Shown: one piece after another, positions 1 to 6,928 of the stretch | Layout: each line of letters begins with the position of its first letter | Numbering within the stretch: the first letter of the stretch is position 1 | DNA from: a virus | DNA: 31,383 bases | IMG/VR virus record: IMGVR_UViG_3300023213_000416 | Reading direction: 5' to 3' (one strand) | Program-made: the position numbers and the translations under genes | The notes under the pieces: model-generated | The model's database searches: none | Told to the model about the DNA's origin: nothing | The model's input: the letters and a program-made list of their open reading frames with translations, nothing else

Positions 1-127
1 GAACTCCATTGATCACGCAATACAAATTGGATATCGTCTTTACCACGCATCATATTTTCATTGAAATAACCTTCCCAAAGTTGCACATTTTTTTTAGCTA
101 TAATTAGAATTTCATCTTGATCAATTC
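1..127. repeat. Terminal overlap, copy 1 (identical to 31257..31383)
   Basis: Bases 1-127 recur base for base as the last 127 bases of the window. Unique length is therefore 31,256 bp and the molecule closes on itself. Confidence 0.95.
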
Positions 128-215
128 CAGCATCCGATAAAGATTGAATACGCCTATCTTCAAGTTCATTGATTTCATTAAGTGATAATTCAGGCTGTTT
201 GTTATCCATAATTTT
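1..215 (-). CDS. Portal protein, 5-prime continuation across the circular junction (partial in this linear view)
   Basis: The frame of ORF 29345..31342 stays open through 31383 and, via the overlap, up to a TAA at 216..218 (..NEINELEDRRIQSLSDAGIDQDEILIIAKKN-VQLWEG..). There is no in-frame ATG or TTG upstream of the GTG at 84..86 (=31340..31342). Confidence 0.6.
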
Positions 216-273
216 TATCAAAATAAATTAATCTCGTTTTTTCAGAGTATCTAACTTTATTTTTCCTTTTAAA

Positions 274-501
274 TCATTTAAAAAACATTCGAACATCATA
301 TCTAACTTTCTTCAAAAGCTTTCTATAACTTTGTTTTGCTTTTTCTTGAGAAATTCCAATAAAATTTGCAATTCTTTTGAATGATTCTTTATGTTCTATT
401 CTTTTATATAATATCATTTTTTCTATTTCGCTGATTTCTTTTCTAAAATATAACCAATGAATTCGCACTAAAATATCTTCTTTATCTATATTATTTTCCA
501 T
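274..501 (-). CDS. 75-aa sigma-70 region-4 / LuxR-like helix-turn-helix protein
   Basis: ISEIEKMILYKRIEHKESFKRIANFIGISQEKAKQSYRKLLKKVR follows the region-4 HTH pattern (hydrophobic-rich helix, IA..lgiS, basic recognition helix). It has an ATG start and is wedged between TerL and the portal. Confidence 0.55.
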   Translation of the reverse strand: MENNIDKEDILVRIHWLYFRKEISEIEKMILYKRIEHKESFKRIANFIGISQEKAKQSYRKLLKKVRYDVRMFFK

Positions 502-506
502 TTTAA

Positions 507-2063
507 TTATAAATACCTAAAAACTGGATTATTCATATCTGTTTTGTTTTCTTGTTTTCTTTCTTTTATAACTCTATCTGCAGCAAATTCTAAACAAATG
601 TATTGTAAAGCATCATGAGGATGAGATGCCATATTTTTATCAGGAACATTTCGATAACGTTCTTCATTAGCAATAGCCAATCTTTTATAACAATAAGTTC
701 TAATAAATCCCTTTCTCGTAATAGGCGCACCTTTACGAGACAAACAAAAAGCAGATTTTCCATCTGTCATTCTATTTAAGAAAAATCTTACTGCTGCAAT
801 TCGTGGATCAATATCATTTGTTCTTGCACTTTCAGTAGTAATACCTAAAGAATTAAGTTCTCCTATAAAGCTCAATTCTTCCATAATCTCATCACGTTTA
901 ATTCCTGATGGATCAGCTCTAGATATACCAATTTTATTATATGGAAAATCCTTTACCAATCCCGGAATAACTATTGATTCAACAAAAGTACGAATCCCCA
1001 TATCTTCAGCTGTATATTCTTTAAGAAGCAAAAATCTACCTCTCTCAGTTATCTGAACTACAATACAAGCAGGCGTTAAACCACCATCCCATCCCAAATG
1101 AATAGGTAATCCCTGAATTGCCTGAATTTCATCTATCGAATGAATATCATCATTATACTCAGAATATACTAATTTACCAAACCCAACTGTTCCATAATTA
1201 CCCAAACAAAATACTTTGATAAATTCTTCAGACTGGCCTTCCGCCATTTTTGTATAATAATCGAAATGAGGTCTAAATCTTTCATTATTATCACATTTAT
1301 AATTATGTTCCCATTTATTGTCAATATTTTTAACTAACCCTGGTGGTTGATGAAATATTTTATAAGACTTAAGATGATCCATTTCAAAGTTTTTATAAAT
1401 CCATGAATCAATATCAGGAGGGTTAGTATCAGCAATAATGCCAGTCCAATAACTTTCATCACAAAAATCACGGGAAGGATAACGTCCATTTAAACGTCCT
1501 TTAAAATGAGATAAAGCAGCCTGAGGAACTTCTGAAAGTTCATTGATATAACATCCAGTTACTTCAAGAGATTTGATTTTACGAACATCTTCTTCTCTAT
1601 CTAATGCAATAAACCATATTTCAAGCTCTACAATCCCCTTGCCATCATTAAAAAAATGTTCATACATCAATAAAGGCTTTTGTCTTTTTTTAATATCTCC
1701 TAATTCTCCAAACCAAGCCAACCATGTTTGAAGTGTTGTAGAATAAAGTTCTCCACTAGTATTACGTACAATAGCCCACCGAGAACGTCTACGATCATTA
1801 TACCAATAAGGCATTTCACAAGCTCGTTTAACAATTTCATGACAACACATGGTTGATTTGCCAGAACCATAAGGACCCATAATTAATCGAATGAATGAAT
1901 TATCTTGATGAAATTTAAGACCAGTAGAAGTAGGAATATATATTTTATTATTAGGAAGCGCATAAATTATTGAAGTATTATTTTGAATGGATAAATGAAC
2001 ATTACTTTGGCTATATTTAGATTGTTCTAATTTAGATAAGCGATTTTTAAATTGATTTAACAT
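507..2063 (-). CDS. terL: Terminase large subunit
   Basis: 518 aa with Walker A GPYGSGKST, a hydrophobic strand plus acidic cluster IWFIALDREED, and a nuclease-sized C-terminal half. It has an ATG start and lies just upstream of the portal, as in P22-like head modules. Confidence 0.85.
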   Translation of the reverse strand: MLNQFKNRLSKLEQSKYSQSNVHLSIQNNTSIIYALPNNKIYIPTSTGLKFHQDNSFIRLIMGPYGSGKSTMCCHEIVKRACEMPYWYNDRRRSRWAIVRNTSGELYSTTLQTWLAWFGELGDIKKRQKPLLMYEHFFNDGKGIVELEIWFIALDREEDVRKIKSLEVTGCYINELSEVPQAALSHFKGRLNGRYPSRDFCDESYWTGIIADTNPPDIDSWIYKNFEMDHLKSYKIFHQPPGLVKNIDNKWEHNYKCDNNERFRPHFDYYTKMAEGQSEEFIKVFCLGNYGTVGFGKLVYSEYNDDIHSIDEIQAIQGLPIHLGWDGGLTPACIVVQITERGRFLLLKEYTAEDMGIRTFVESIVIPGLVKDFPYNKIGISRADPSGIKRDEIMEELSFIGELNSLGITTESARTNDIDPRIAAVRFFLNRMTDGKSAFCLSRKGAPITRKGFIRTYCYKRLAIANEERYRNVPDKNMASHPHDALQYICLEFAADRVIKERKQENKTDMNNPVFRYL

Positions 2064-2095
2064 TTATTTCTTTTAACAAATTTATATATTGCAAT

Positions 2096-2338
2096 TCACT
2101 CATTTTTTTTCTCCACAAGTCTTTCAAAACATTTAATCGCTTTATCTAAATCATTAAACCATTTATCAATGACTTTATTTGTATATTCGGTTAAAAATTC
2201 TTCTTCATCTCCATTGTATAAATCACTTAATTTCTTTATTAAACTAATCGGTTTATCTATTTTTTTCTTTCTATAAGGACTTTCATCTAGTTTTTTTATA
2301 TTTTCTGAAATAAGTTCTTTTACGTTAATCATTGGCAT
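2096..2338 (-). CDS. Hypothetical 80-aa helical acidic protein directly upstream of terL
   Basis: Track ORF 2096..2383, trimmed to the internal ATG at 2338 (MPMINVKEL..) to limit overlap with the upstream ORF. No recognisable motif, and the start is uncertain. Confidence 0.4.
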   Translation of the reverse strand: MPMINVKELISENIKKLDESPYRKKKIDKPISLIKKLSDLYNGDEEEFLTEYTNKVIDKWFNDLDKAIKCFERLVEKKNE

Positions 2339-2549
2339 AAATAGCATTAACAGAATGATTATACATTGTACACTGTTCATCAAAGTAAAAACACCTACAA
2401 TTAATACATTTATAAGATCTTAAGCTACCAATAAAAAAAGGAATGCCAGTTATTTCATTAAAAACTTTTCCAATACATTTATCTTCACAAACGTTGGAAT
2501 ATTTTATTAAAGGAGGAAATCCACATGCATCGCATTTATGTTCTTTCAT
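2325..2549 (-). CDS. Cysteine-rich 74-aa protein (putative zinc-binding)
   Basis: Has a CxxC pair at the N-terminus (KCDACG), further Cys at CEDKC and a CINCRC cluster, about 10 Cys in 74 aa. Its ATG abuts the stop of the upstream micro-ORF. Confidence 0.5.
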   Translation of the reverse strand: MKEHKCDACGFPPLIKYSNVCEDKCIGKVFNEITGIPFFIGSLRSYKCINCRCFYFDEQCTMYNHSVNAIYAND

Positions 2550-2690
2550 TTATTTCTTCTCCTTCAATAAACTCTTTCCAATCCATAAAAATATTAAAAA
2601 TAATATAAAATAAAATATTAAATTGAAAATATATTTTCCTATAAATAAAATTTCCCATAAATTCAAAACAAATCTATCTAAATGAGTCAT
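2550..2690 (-). CDS. 46-aa membrane micro-protein (not in ORF track)
   Basis: Hand translation gives MTHLDRFVLNLWEILFIGKYIFNLIFYFILFLIFLWIGKSLLKEKK. Its TAA is immediately followed by the ATG of ORF 2325..2549 (AAATAAATG), and it has a hydrophobic core. Confidence 0.4.
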   Translation of the reverse strand: MTHLDRFVLNLWEILFIGKYIFNLIFYFILFLIFLWIGKSLLKEKK

Positions 2691-2723
2691 ATTATCTTAT
2701 ATCATATCCATTTCATCTTCTAT

Positions 2724-2876
2724 TTATAATGGTTCCCATATGATGAATAAAGTTATTATACAACCTATTAGTACCATACTAACACTAATTGTTAGAAAAC
2801 ATTGTAAAAAAAGGTCTGACATTATATGATTCTTAACAGCATTAAAAAAAGTGATAATATGTTGCGTTATATTCAT
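2724..2876 (-). CDS. 50-aa membrane micro-protein
   Basis: Track ORF 2724..2918 trimmed to the ATG at 2876 (MNITQHIITFF..), which follows the stop of ORF 2884..3150. The C-terminal segment FLQCFLTISVSMVLIGCIITLFIIW is transmembrane-like. Confidence 0.4.
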   Translation of the reverse strand: MNITQHIITFFNAVKNHIMSDLFLQCFLTISVSMVLIGCIITLFIIWEPL

Positions 2877-2883
2877 GTTCTTT

Positions 2884-3150
2884 TCATATAAAAATCTCAA
2901 CAAAAACATCATTATCATGACAATTTATTTTCCCCGTTTCGCTTCCTTCCAGCATTTCAAAATCGCCTTTATATTTAAAAAGAACTTCTAAATAAAATAT
3001 AGGATCTCCATCAAATGAGATTCTTACTATATTATCTGGCAGAATCTCATCATCAATACTAGATAATATATAATATTTCCTGTGATTAATATCATAATTT
3101 ATTAATTTAGCTATATATTTATAATCTATATTCTTATTATGTTCTTCCAT
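2884..3150 (-). CDS. Hypothetical protein, 88 aa
   Basis: Open frame in operon orientation, tightly packed with its neighbours. No motif recognised. Confidence 0.5.
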   Translation of the reverse strand: MEEHNKNIDYKYIAKLINYDINHRKYYILSSIDDEILPDNIVRISFDGDPIFYLEVLFKYKGDFEMLEGSETGKINCHDNDVFVEIFI

Positions 3151-3154
3151 TTAT

Positions 3155-3415
3155 TTATTCTCTTTTTTCCCATTTTTCAAGATCACTAAATGTTACAAAA
3201 TATTTATATTTAATTCGATATTTCTTTAATAAAGACATATAAATTTTATATTCCGGTAAATGACTATCTGTAAAACGACTAAGTGCTCCTTTCCAAAGAA
3301 TCCTATTTATTGCTTTACGCTTTATTGCTTTACGATAAGCTTTATTAGCTTTAACTAATTCTTTCTGAAGATTAATTTTTTCGTTATCTTTTTTCATTCT
3401 ATTTATTAAAAGCAT
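3155..3415 (-). CDS. Hypothetical basic protein, 86 aa
   Basis: Open frame in operon orientation, Lys/Arg-rich (KANKAYRKAIKRKAINR). No motif recognised. Confidence 0.5.
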   Translation of the reverse strand: MLLINRMKKDNEKINLQKELVKANKAYRKAIKRKAINRILWKGALSRFTDSHLPEYKIYMSLLKKYRIKYKYFVTFSDLEKWEKRE

Positions 3416-3566
3416 AGAAAAACTCTAAAGATTCTTTTACTAATAAAATTTCTTTAGATAAAAGATGAATAACATTGTAATCGCGGCATTCTTCAATAAA
3501 TTCAACCATATCTAAATTAATAAGAAATTTTTCTAATCGAAATGAGGTTGCATAAATTAATTTCAT
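3399..3566 (-). CDS. Hypothetical 55-aa protein (not in ORF track)
   Basis: Hand translation gives MKLIYATSFRLEKFLINLDMVEFIEECRDYNVIHLLSKEILLVKESLEFFYAFNK. It fills the gap between ORFs 3570..3764 and 3155..3415, overlapping the latter by 17 nt. Confidence 0.35.
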   Translation of the reverse strand: MKLIYATSFRLEKFLINLDMVEFIEECRDYNVIHLLSKEILLVKESLEFFYAFNK

Positions 3567-3569
3567 ACT

Positions 3570-3764
3570 TTATTTCTTCTTTCTCATTTTCCCTAATGTC
3601 TGCGCTAATCTCGCTCTTTTAGCTAACGTAGGATTAGAAGATTTAGCTGCTTTTGCAAGCTTTAGAGCTGCAATCTTTTCTCCTTTTTTCACTTTAAGTG
3701 ATTTTCGAAGAGCTCCTGGATGTTTAATTGCGCCTTGAATCCACTTTTTTGGTTTTTTTTCCAT
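3570..3764 (-). CDS. Small Lys-rich conserved-looking protein, 64 aa
   Basis: MEKKPKKWIQGAIKHPGALRKSLKVKKGEKIAALKLAKAAKSSNPTLAKRARLAQTLGKMRKKK. An AAGGA lies upstream of the ATG. It resembles small basic proteins seen widely in bacteria and phages, but I cannot name the family with certainty. Confidence 0.55.
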   Translation of the reverse strand: MEKKPKKWIQGAIKHPGALRKSLKVKKGEKIAALKLAKAAKSSNPTLAKRARLAQTLGKMRKKK

Positions 3765-3972
3765 TAGTTTTATCCTTATTTAATTTTACACGCTCACTAA
3801 TTGTACCTATCGGGGTAGAATAATCTTCTATGGTTTTTAATACATTTTCAACAAAATTACTAATCATTTTAGCCCAAAATTCCGAATAAACTGTAGCTAT
3901 TAGTTGTTTTTCTTCAGAATATTCATGTTTAATAGTAATGTCATAGTATTCTTTTATTTTTTTATTATTCAT
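3724..3972 (-). CDS. Hypothetical protein, 82 aa
   Basis: Open frame with an ATG start in operon orientation. Its 3-prime end overlaps the next gene by 41 nt. Confidence 0.5.
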   Translation of the reverse strand: MNNKKIKEYYDITIKHEYSEEKQLIATVYSEFWAKMISNFVENVLKTIEDYSTPIGTISERVKLNKDKTNGKKTKKVDSRRN

Positions 3973-3999
3973 ATTTTTTAGTTTTAAAATTTTGAAATG

Positions 4000-4158
4000 T
4001 CATTTATTCTCTAATTTCTCTAATACATCTTTAACATTTTTTAATTTTCTATCTAATTTTATGTATTGTACAAAAGTCCATAATACAATTACTATTCCTA
4101 TACTACATAAAATTATTTGTACTATTAAACCTATATGTAATATCAATTCCCAATTCAT
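4000..4158 (-). CDS. 52-aa single-pass membrane protein (not in ORF track)
   Basis: Hand translation gives MNWELILHIGLIVQIILCSIGIVIVLWTFVQYIKLDRKLKNVKDVLEKLENK. It has an N-terminal TM segment, and its C-terminus duplicates the C-terminus of the upstream gene. Confidence 0.4.
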   Translation of the reverse strand: MNWELILHIGLIVQIILCSIGIVIVLWTFVQYIKLDRKLKNVKDVLEKLENK

Positions 4159-4171
4159 AATTGTTCTTCTT

Positions 4172-4561
4172 TTATTTATTCTCTAATTTTTCTAATCTTT
4201 GATGTATTTCTTCTACTACAATTACATCTTTAACATTTTTTAATGAATCTATCAAAATTTTAAATTGTTCCATATTAATAAATTCATTTTCTAGAGCACT
4301 AAATATTTCATTTATTAATGGTAATAAACTATTTACATTATTAACAGATACTGTAAAAGGAAGACCATAATTTGAAGTAGGCATTACTCTATCTAAAAAA
4401 TATTTAAGCATTATAGGATCACCATTTAATGCTACTTCGATGCCTTTTTTCATTAATTCTCGAGCACGTGGATAAACTTCTTCTTTATAAAGATCTAATC
4501 GCCAACCTCCTCCTCGTGGCCTACCTTTTAAATTTCCAGATTCCCCTGGTTTAAATACCAT
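4172..4561 (-). CDS. DUF5681-like protein, candidate small terminase subunit
   Basis: From the ATG at 4561 (the track start at 4615 is a TTG) it reads MVFKPGESGNLKGRPRGGG.., matching the SGNxxGRPxG signature of DUF5681. The later LKYFLDRVMPTSNYG resembles the kflLer..P..yG motif common in small terminases. Confidence 0.5.
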   Translation of the reverse strand: MVFKPGESGNLKGRPRGGGWRLDLYKEEVYPRARELMKKGIEVALNGDPIMLKYFLDRVMPTSNYGLPFTVSVNNVNSLLPLINEIFSALENEFINMEQFKILIDSLKNVKDVIVVEEIHQRLEKLENK

Positions 4562-4581
4562 ATTGATAATTCCTGATCGAT

Positions 4582-5004
4582 TCAATAATTTATTTTTATT
4601 TCTCTTCCAAAACAATTTATAGTCATATTTATCGATATTTTTGTTTGTATATTATATAATATAGGGAACTCATTAAACTCCATCCAATCCTTATTTATTA
4701 TTAAATCTCCTGCTATTGAATATTCATCTTTACATTGTTTATAAATATCATATTTATCAGCAATAGATATTTTTATAACTTCTTTTGTTCTTTCAATAAT
4801 TTTACGTGCTATCTCTTCTGATATACCTTTTATAAAATTTGAATTAATTAAATTATCTATAGATTTTTTAATCATTTCGTCAAAACTAAGTGCTTTTTCT
4901 TTATCTTCTAAATCTTTTAAAATTTTTAAATTTATATTAGCGCTTTCTATATCATTTAAATTTTTATTTATTAAATATTCTAATACTTCTTTGTCAGAAG
5001 TCAT
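4582..5004 (-). CDS. Hypothetical protein, 140 aa
   Basis: Open frame with an ATG start in operon orientation. No motif recognised. Confidence 0.5.
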   Translation of the reverse strand: MTSDKEVLEYLINKNLNDIESANINLKILKDLEDKEKALSFDEMIKKSIDNLINSNFIKGISEEIARKIIERTKEVIKISIADKYDIYKQCKDEYSIAGDLIINKDWMEFNEFPILYNIQTKISINMTINCFGREIKINY

Positions 5005-5005
5005 T

Positions 5006-5278
5006 TTAATTTTCTCCCTTTAAAAATTTAATTTCTTCAATTAGTTTATTAATCAATTCATTATTAAATAAATTGCCAAATTCTCGTTGTAAATATATAC
5101 GAATTAACTTTGCAATTAAAGCTATTTCTTGAGGATGTTCACGAACAAATAATTTAATTATATCTAACATATTTTCTTTCCTTTTTATTTGATAACTCAA
5201 TACTATTAAATCAAGAAAACATTTTTTAATTTCATTAGTTATTTCCAGAAAAATTATTCCATTATGAACTTTAGTCAT
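5006..5278 (-). CDS. Hypothetical protein, 90 aa
   Basis: Open frame with an ATG start, 1 nt from the next gene. No motif recognised. Confidence 0.5.
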   Translation of the reverse strand: MTKVHNGIIFLEITNEIKKCFLDLIVLSYQIKRKENMLDIIKLFVREHPQEIALIAKLIRIYLQREFGNLFNNELINKLIEEIKFLKGEN

Positions 5279-5284
5279 ATAATT

Positions 5285-5404
5285 TTAATCAAATGTAAGG
5301 AGACAATAAAAACCAACAGCGGCCAATAATATTGGTAATATATGTCTATCAGCTAATACTATAGCAATAATAATTAAAATAGCACCAAATATATTGAACC
5401 ACAT
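5285..5404 (-). CDS. 39-aa membrane micro-protein (holin-size candidate; not in ORF track)
   Basis: Hand translation gives MWFNIFGAILIIIAIVLADRHILPILLAAVGFYCLLTFD. An AAGGAG lies 7 nt upstream of the ATG. Two hydrophobic stretches are separated by DRH. Confidence 0.45.
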   Translation of the reverse strand: MWFNIFGAILIIIAIVLADRHILPILLAAVGFYCLLTFD

Positions 5405-5532
5405 ATTAATTCTCCTTTTATTTTAATATAATTTAATCAAATTTCTTTAATATATAAATTATTACATATGTTTATTAATGTATAATAAATAAAAAACAAA
5501 TACTTAAAATTAAAGCTATAAAAAATCCAATA

Positions 5533-5871
5533 TTAATGATTTCCTATATCTTTTAAATACATCAAAACTTCAGCCAAAACAGAAATAATAGGACTTGCCA
5601 CAGCAACTATTTTCCACCAATTTTTTACTAGAAATGTTCCAGCTGTTTTAATTAATTCTAATTGATTTATTTGATCAAGATTAATTTTAAGTTGATTTTT
5701 CAATGTAGTTAAATCTTCTGTAAAATGGATTAGTTTATTATTAATATCTTTTTCAAAAGAACCATTTCCTAATACAAGGATATCAATTTTATTATTAATA
5801 CTACCTAATATTTTATATATTTCTTTAATATCTAAAGAATGTAAATCTATCTGTTTTTCTAATTGTATCAT
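5533..5871 (-). CDS. Coiled-coil protein with C-terminal transmembrane anchor, 112 aa
   Basis: Heptad-like Leu/Ile/Asn-rich body followed by WWKIVAVASPIISVLAEVLMYL. This is a lysis-accessory (holin/spanin-like) candidate by position only. Confidence 0.5.
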   Translation of the reverse strand: MIQLEKQIDLHSLDIKEIYKILGSINNKIDILVLGNGSFEKDINNKLIHFTEDLTTLKNQLKINLDQINQLELIKTAGTFLVKNWWKIVAVASPIISVLAEVLMYLKDIGNH

Positions 5872-5918
5872 ACTATTCTTTTTTAAATTGATTAATACTA
5901 TGCAAATTTTCTAAAAAT

Positions 5919-6296
5919 TTAATTTTTTTCTTCTAATTTTTGTATTCTTTTTAAATGATGCTCACAAATTTCTTTAATTTCTTCAATTTCTGCATAATTT
6001 TCTTTTAGTTCCATAATTGCTTTTATAATTACTTTATCTTCATCAATTTTTTCATAGATTTCTTTCAAATATTTATTGAAATCAACCATTTCTTCTTTTA
6101 TCGCCAACATTTCTTTAGCAAGCGCTACAATAGAAGAAGAATTATTACGTATTGTATTCAAAATATCGTCACGAAATTTTAAGATGTCAGTATCGAATTT
6201 TTGTATCGTTTTAATTACAAATTCTGGATTTAGAAGTTTTATAAAATTATTGTTAGTAAAATCATCTAAATAAGAATCACATTCATCGCATCTCAT
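5919..6296 (-). CDS. Hypothetical coiled-coil protein, 125 aa
   Basis: Open frame with an ATG start, an N-terminal CDEC and a long Glu/Lys/Ile-rich helical region. Confidence 0.5.
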   Translation of the reverse strand: MRCDECDSYLDDFTNNNFIKLLNPEFVIKTIQKFDTDILKFRDDILNTIRNNSSSIVALAKEMLAIKEEMVDFNKYLKEIYEKIDEDKVIIKAIMELKENYAEIEEIKEICEHHLKRIQKLEEKN

Positions 6297-6332
6297 TTTT
6301 AATTCTCTCTTTTAATTAGGCAACTAAATCAT

Positions 6333-6503
6333 TTATTCAATAAAATTAAAATGTATTTTATTTAAGATTTTTATTGTTTCGTCAGTTCCCTTAATTTCTT
6401 TTTTTATTTCTAATATTTCTTTTTCTATTTTATAAAGTTTTATTTCTAATTCATAAATTTCATTGTCAGTATAAATATGTGATGCTATAGGATTATGTTC
6501 CAT
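6333..6503 (-). CDS. Hypothetical 56-aa coiled-coil protein (not in ORF track)
   Basis: Hand translation gives MEHNPIASHIYTDNEIYELEIKLYKIEKEILEIKKEIKGTDETIKILNKIHFNFIE. An AAGGA lies 8 nt upstream of the ATG, directly after the lysozyme stop. Confidence 0.4.
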   Translation of the reverse strand: MEHNPIASHIYTDNEIYELEIKLYKIEKEILEIKKEIKGTDETIKILNKIHFNFIE

Positions 6504-6508
6504 AATTA

Positions 6509-6928
6509 TTATCCTTTTTTTATCATTTCTGCTAATTCTTGCGCTCTATTTCCTACTTGTTGAGCCCATTGACTTTCTAACATTTCTCTAGTTGCGGTAT
6601 CATAATCTTTATTCTCTAATGCAGCAATCATTTTTTTAAATAAATGGAATTTTTGGGTACCTAAATTAAATATCATATCAAGTAATGCTATTTGTCTATT
6701 TTGTGTTAAATCATGAAACCATAAATATACCGCTGATAAATAATTATGAAAAAATTTAATATCTTCCATAAGCTGTTCTCTTATTACATTATTTGGCAAT
6801 CCCCTATCTGAAAGATTATAACCAACACCTATGGTAATTTTTCCTACAGTATCAATATAAGGAAAATTTCGATAACCTTCGTGTTTGATTAAAAGTTCTT
6901 TGACTTTATCTAATAATTCAATGTTCAT
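6509..6928 (-). CDS. Endolysin, T4-type lysozyme (glycoside hydrolase family 24)
   Basis: KHEGYRNFPYIDTVGKITIGVGYN reproduces the T4 lysozyme catalytic Glu..Asp..Thr block ([22 protein letters not shown]). LDMIFNLG and QWAQQVGNRAQ also match T4 INMVFQMG and RWYNQTPNRAK. Confidence 0.9.
   Translation of the reverse strand: MNIELLDKVKELLIKHEGYRNFPYIDTVGKITIGVGYNLSDRGLPNNVIREQLMEDIKFFHNYLSAVYLWFHDLTQNRQIALLDMIFNLGTQKFHLFKKMIAALENKDYDTATREMLESQWAQQVGNRAQELAEMIKKG

Noticed and set aside
1-127. The 127-bp terminal repeat as a biological direct terminal repeat or mobile-element end
   Set aside because: The repeat cuts through the middle of the portal coding frame, and its length equals a common assembler k-mer. 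This is far more consistent with a circular-assembly artefact.
208-210. ATG at 210 as a straightforward portal start codon
   Set aside because: Careful re-translation shows this ATG is out of frame with the portal and hits TAA after 10 codons. It can only serve the portal via a +1 shift or if the T-run is miscalled (see the portal 5-prime end finding, 84..218).
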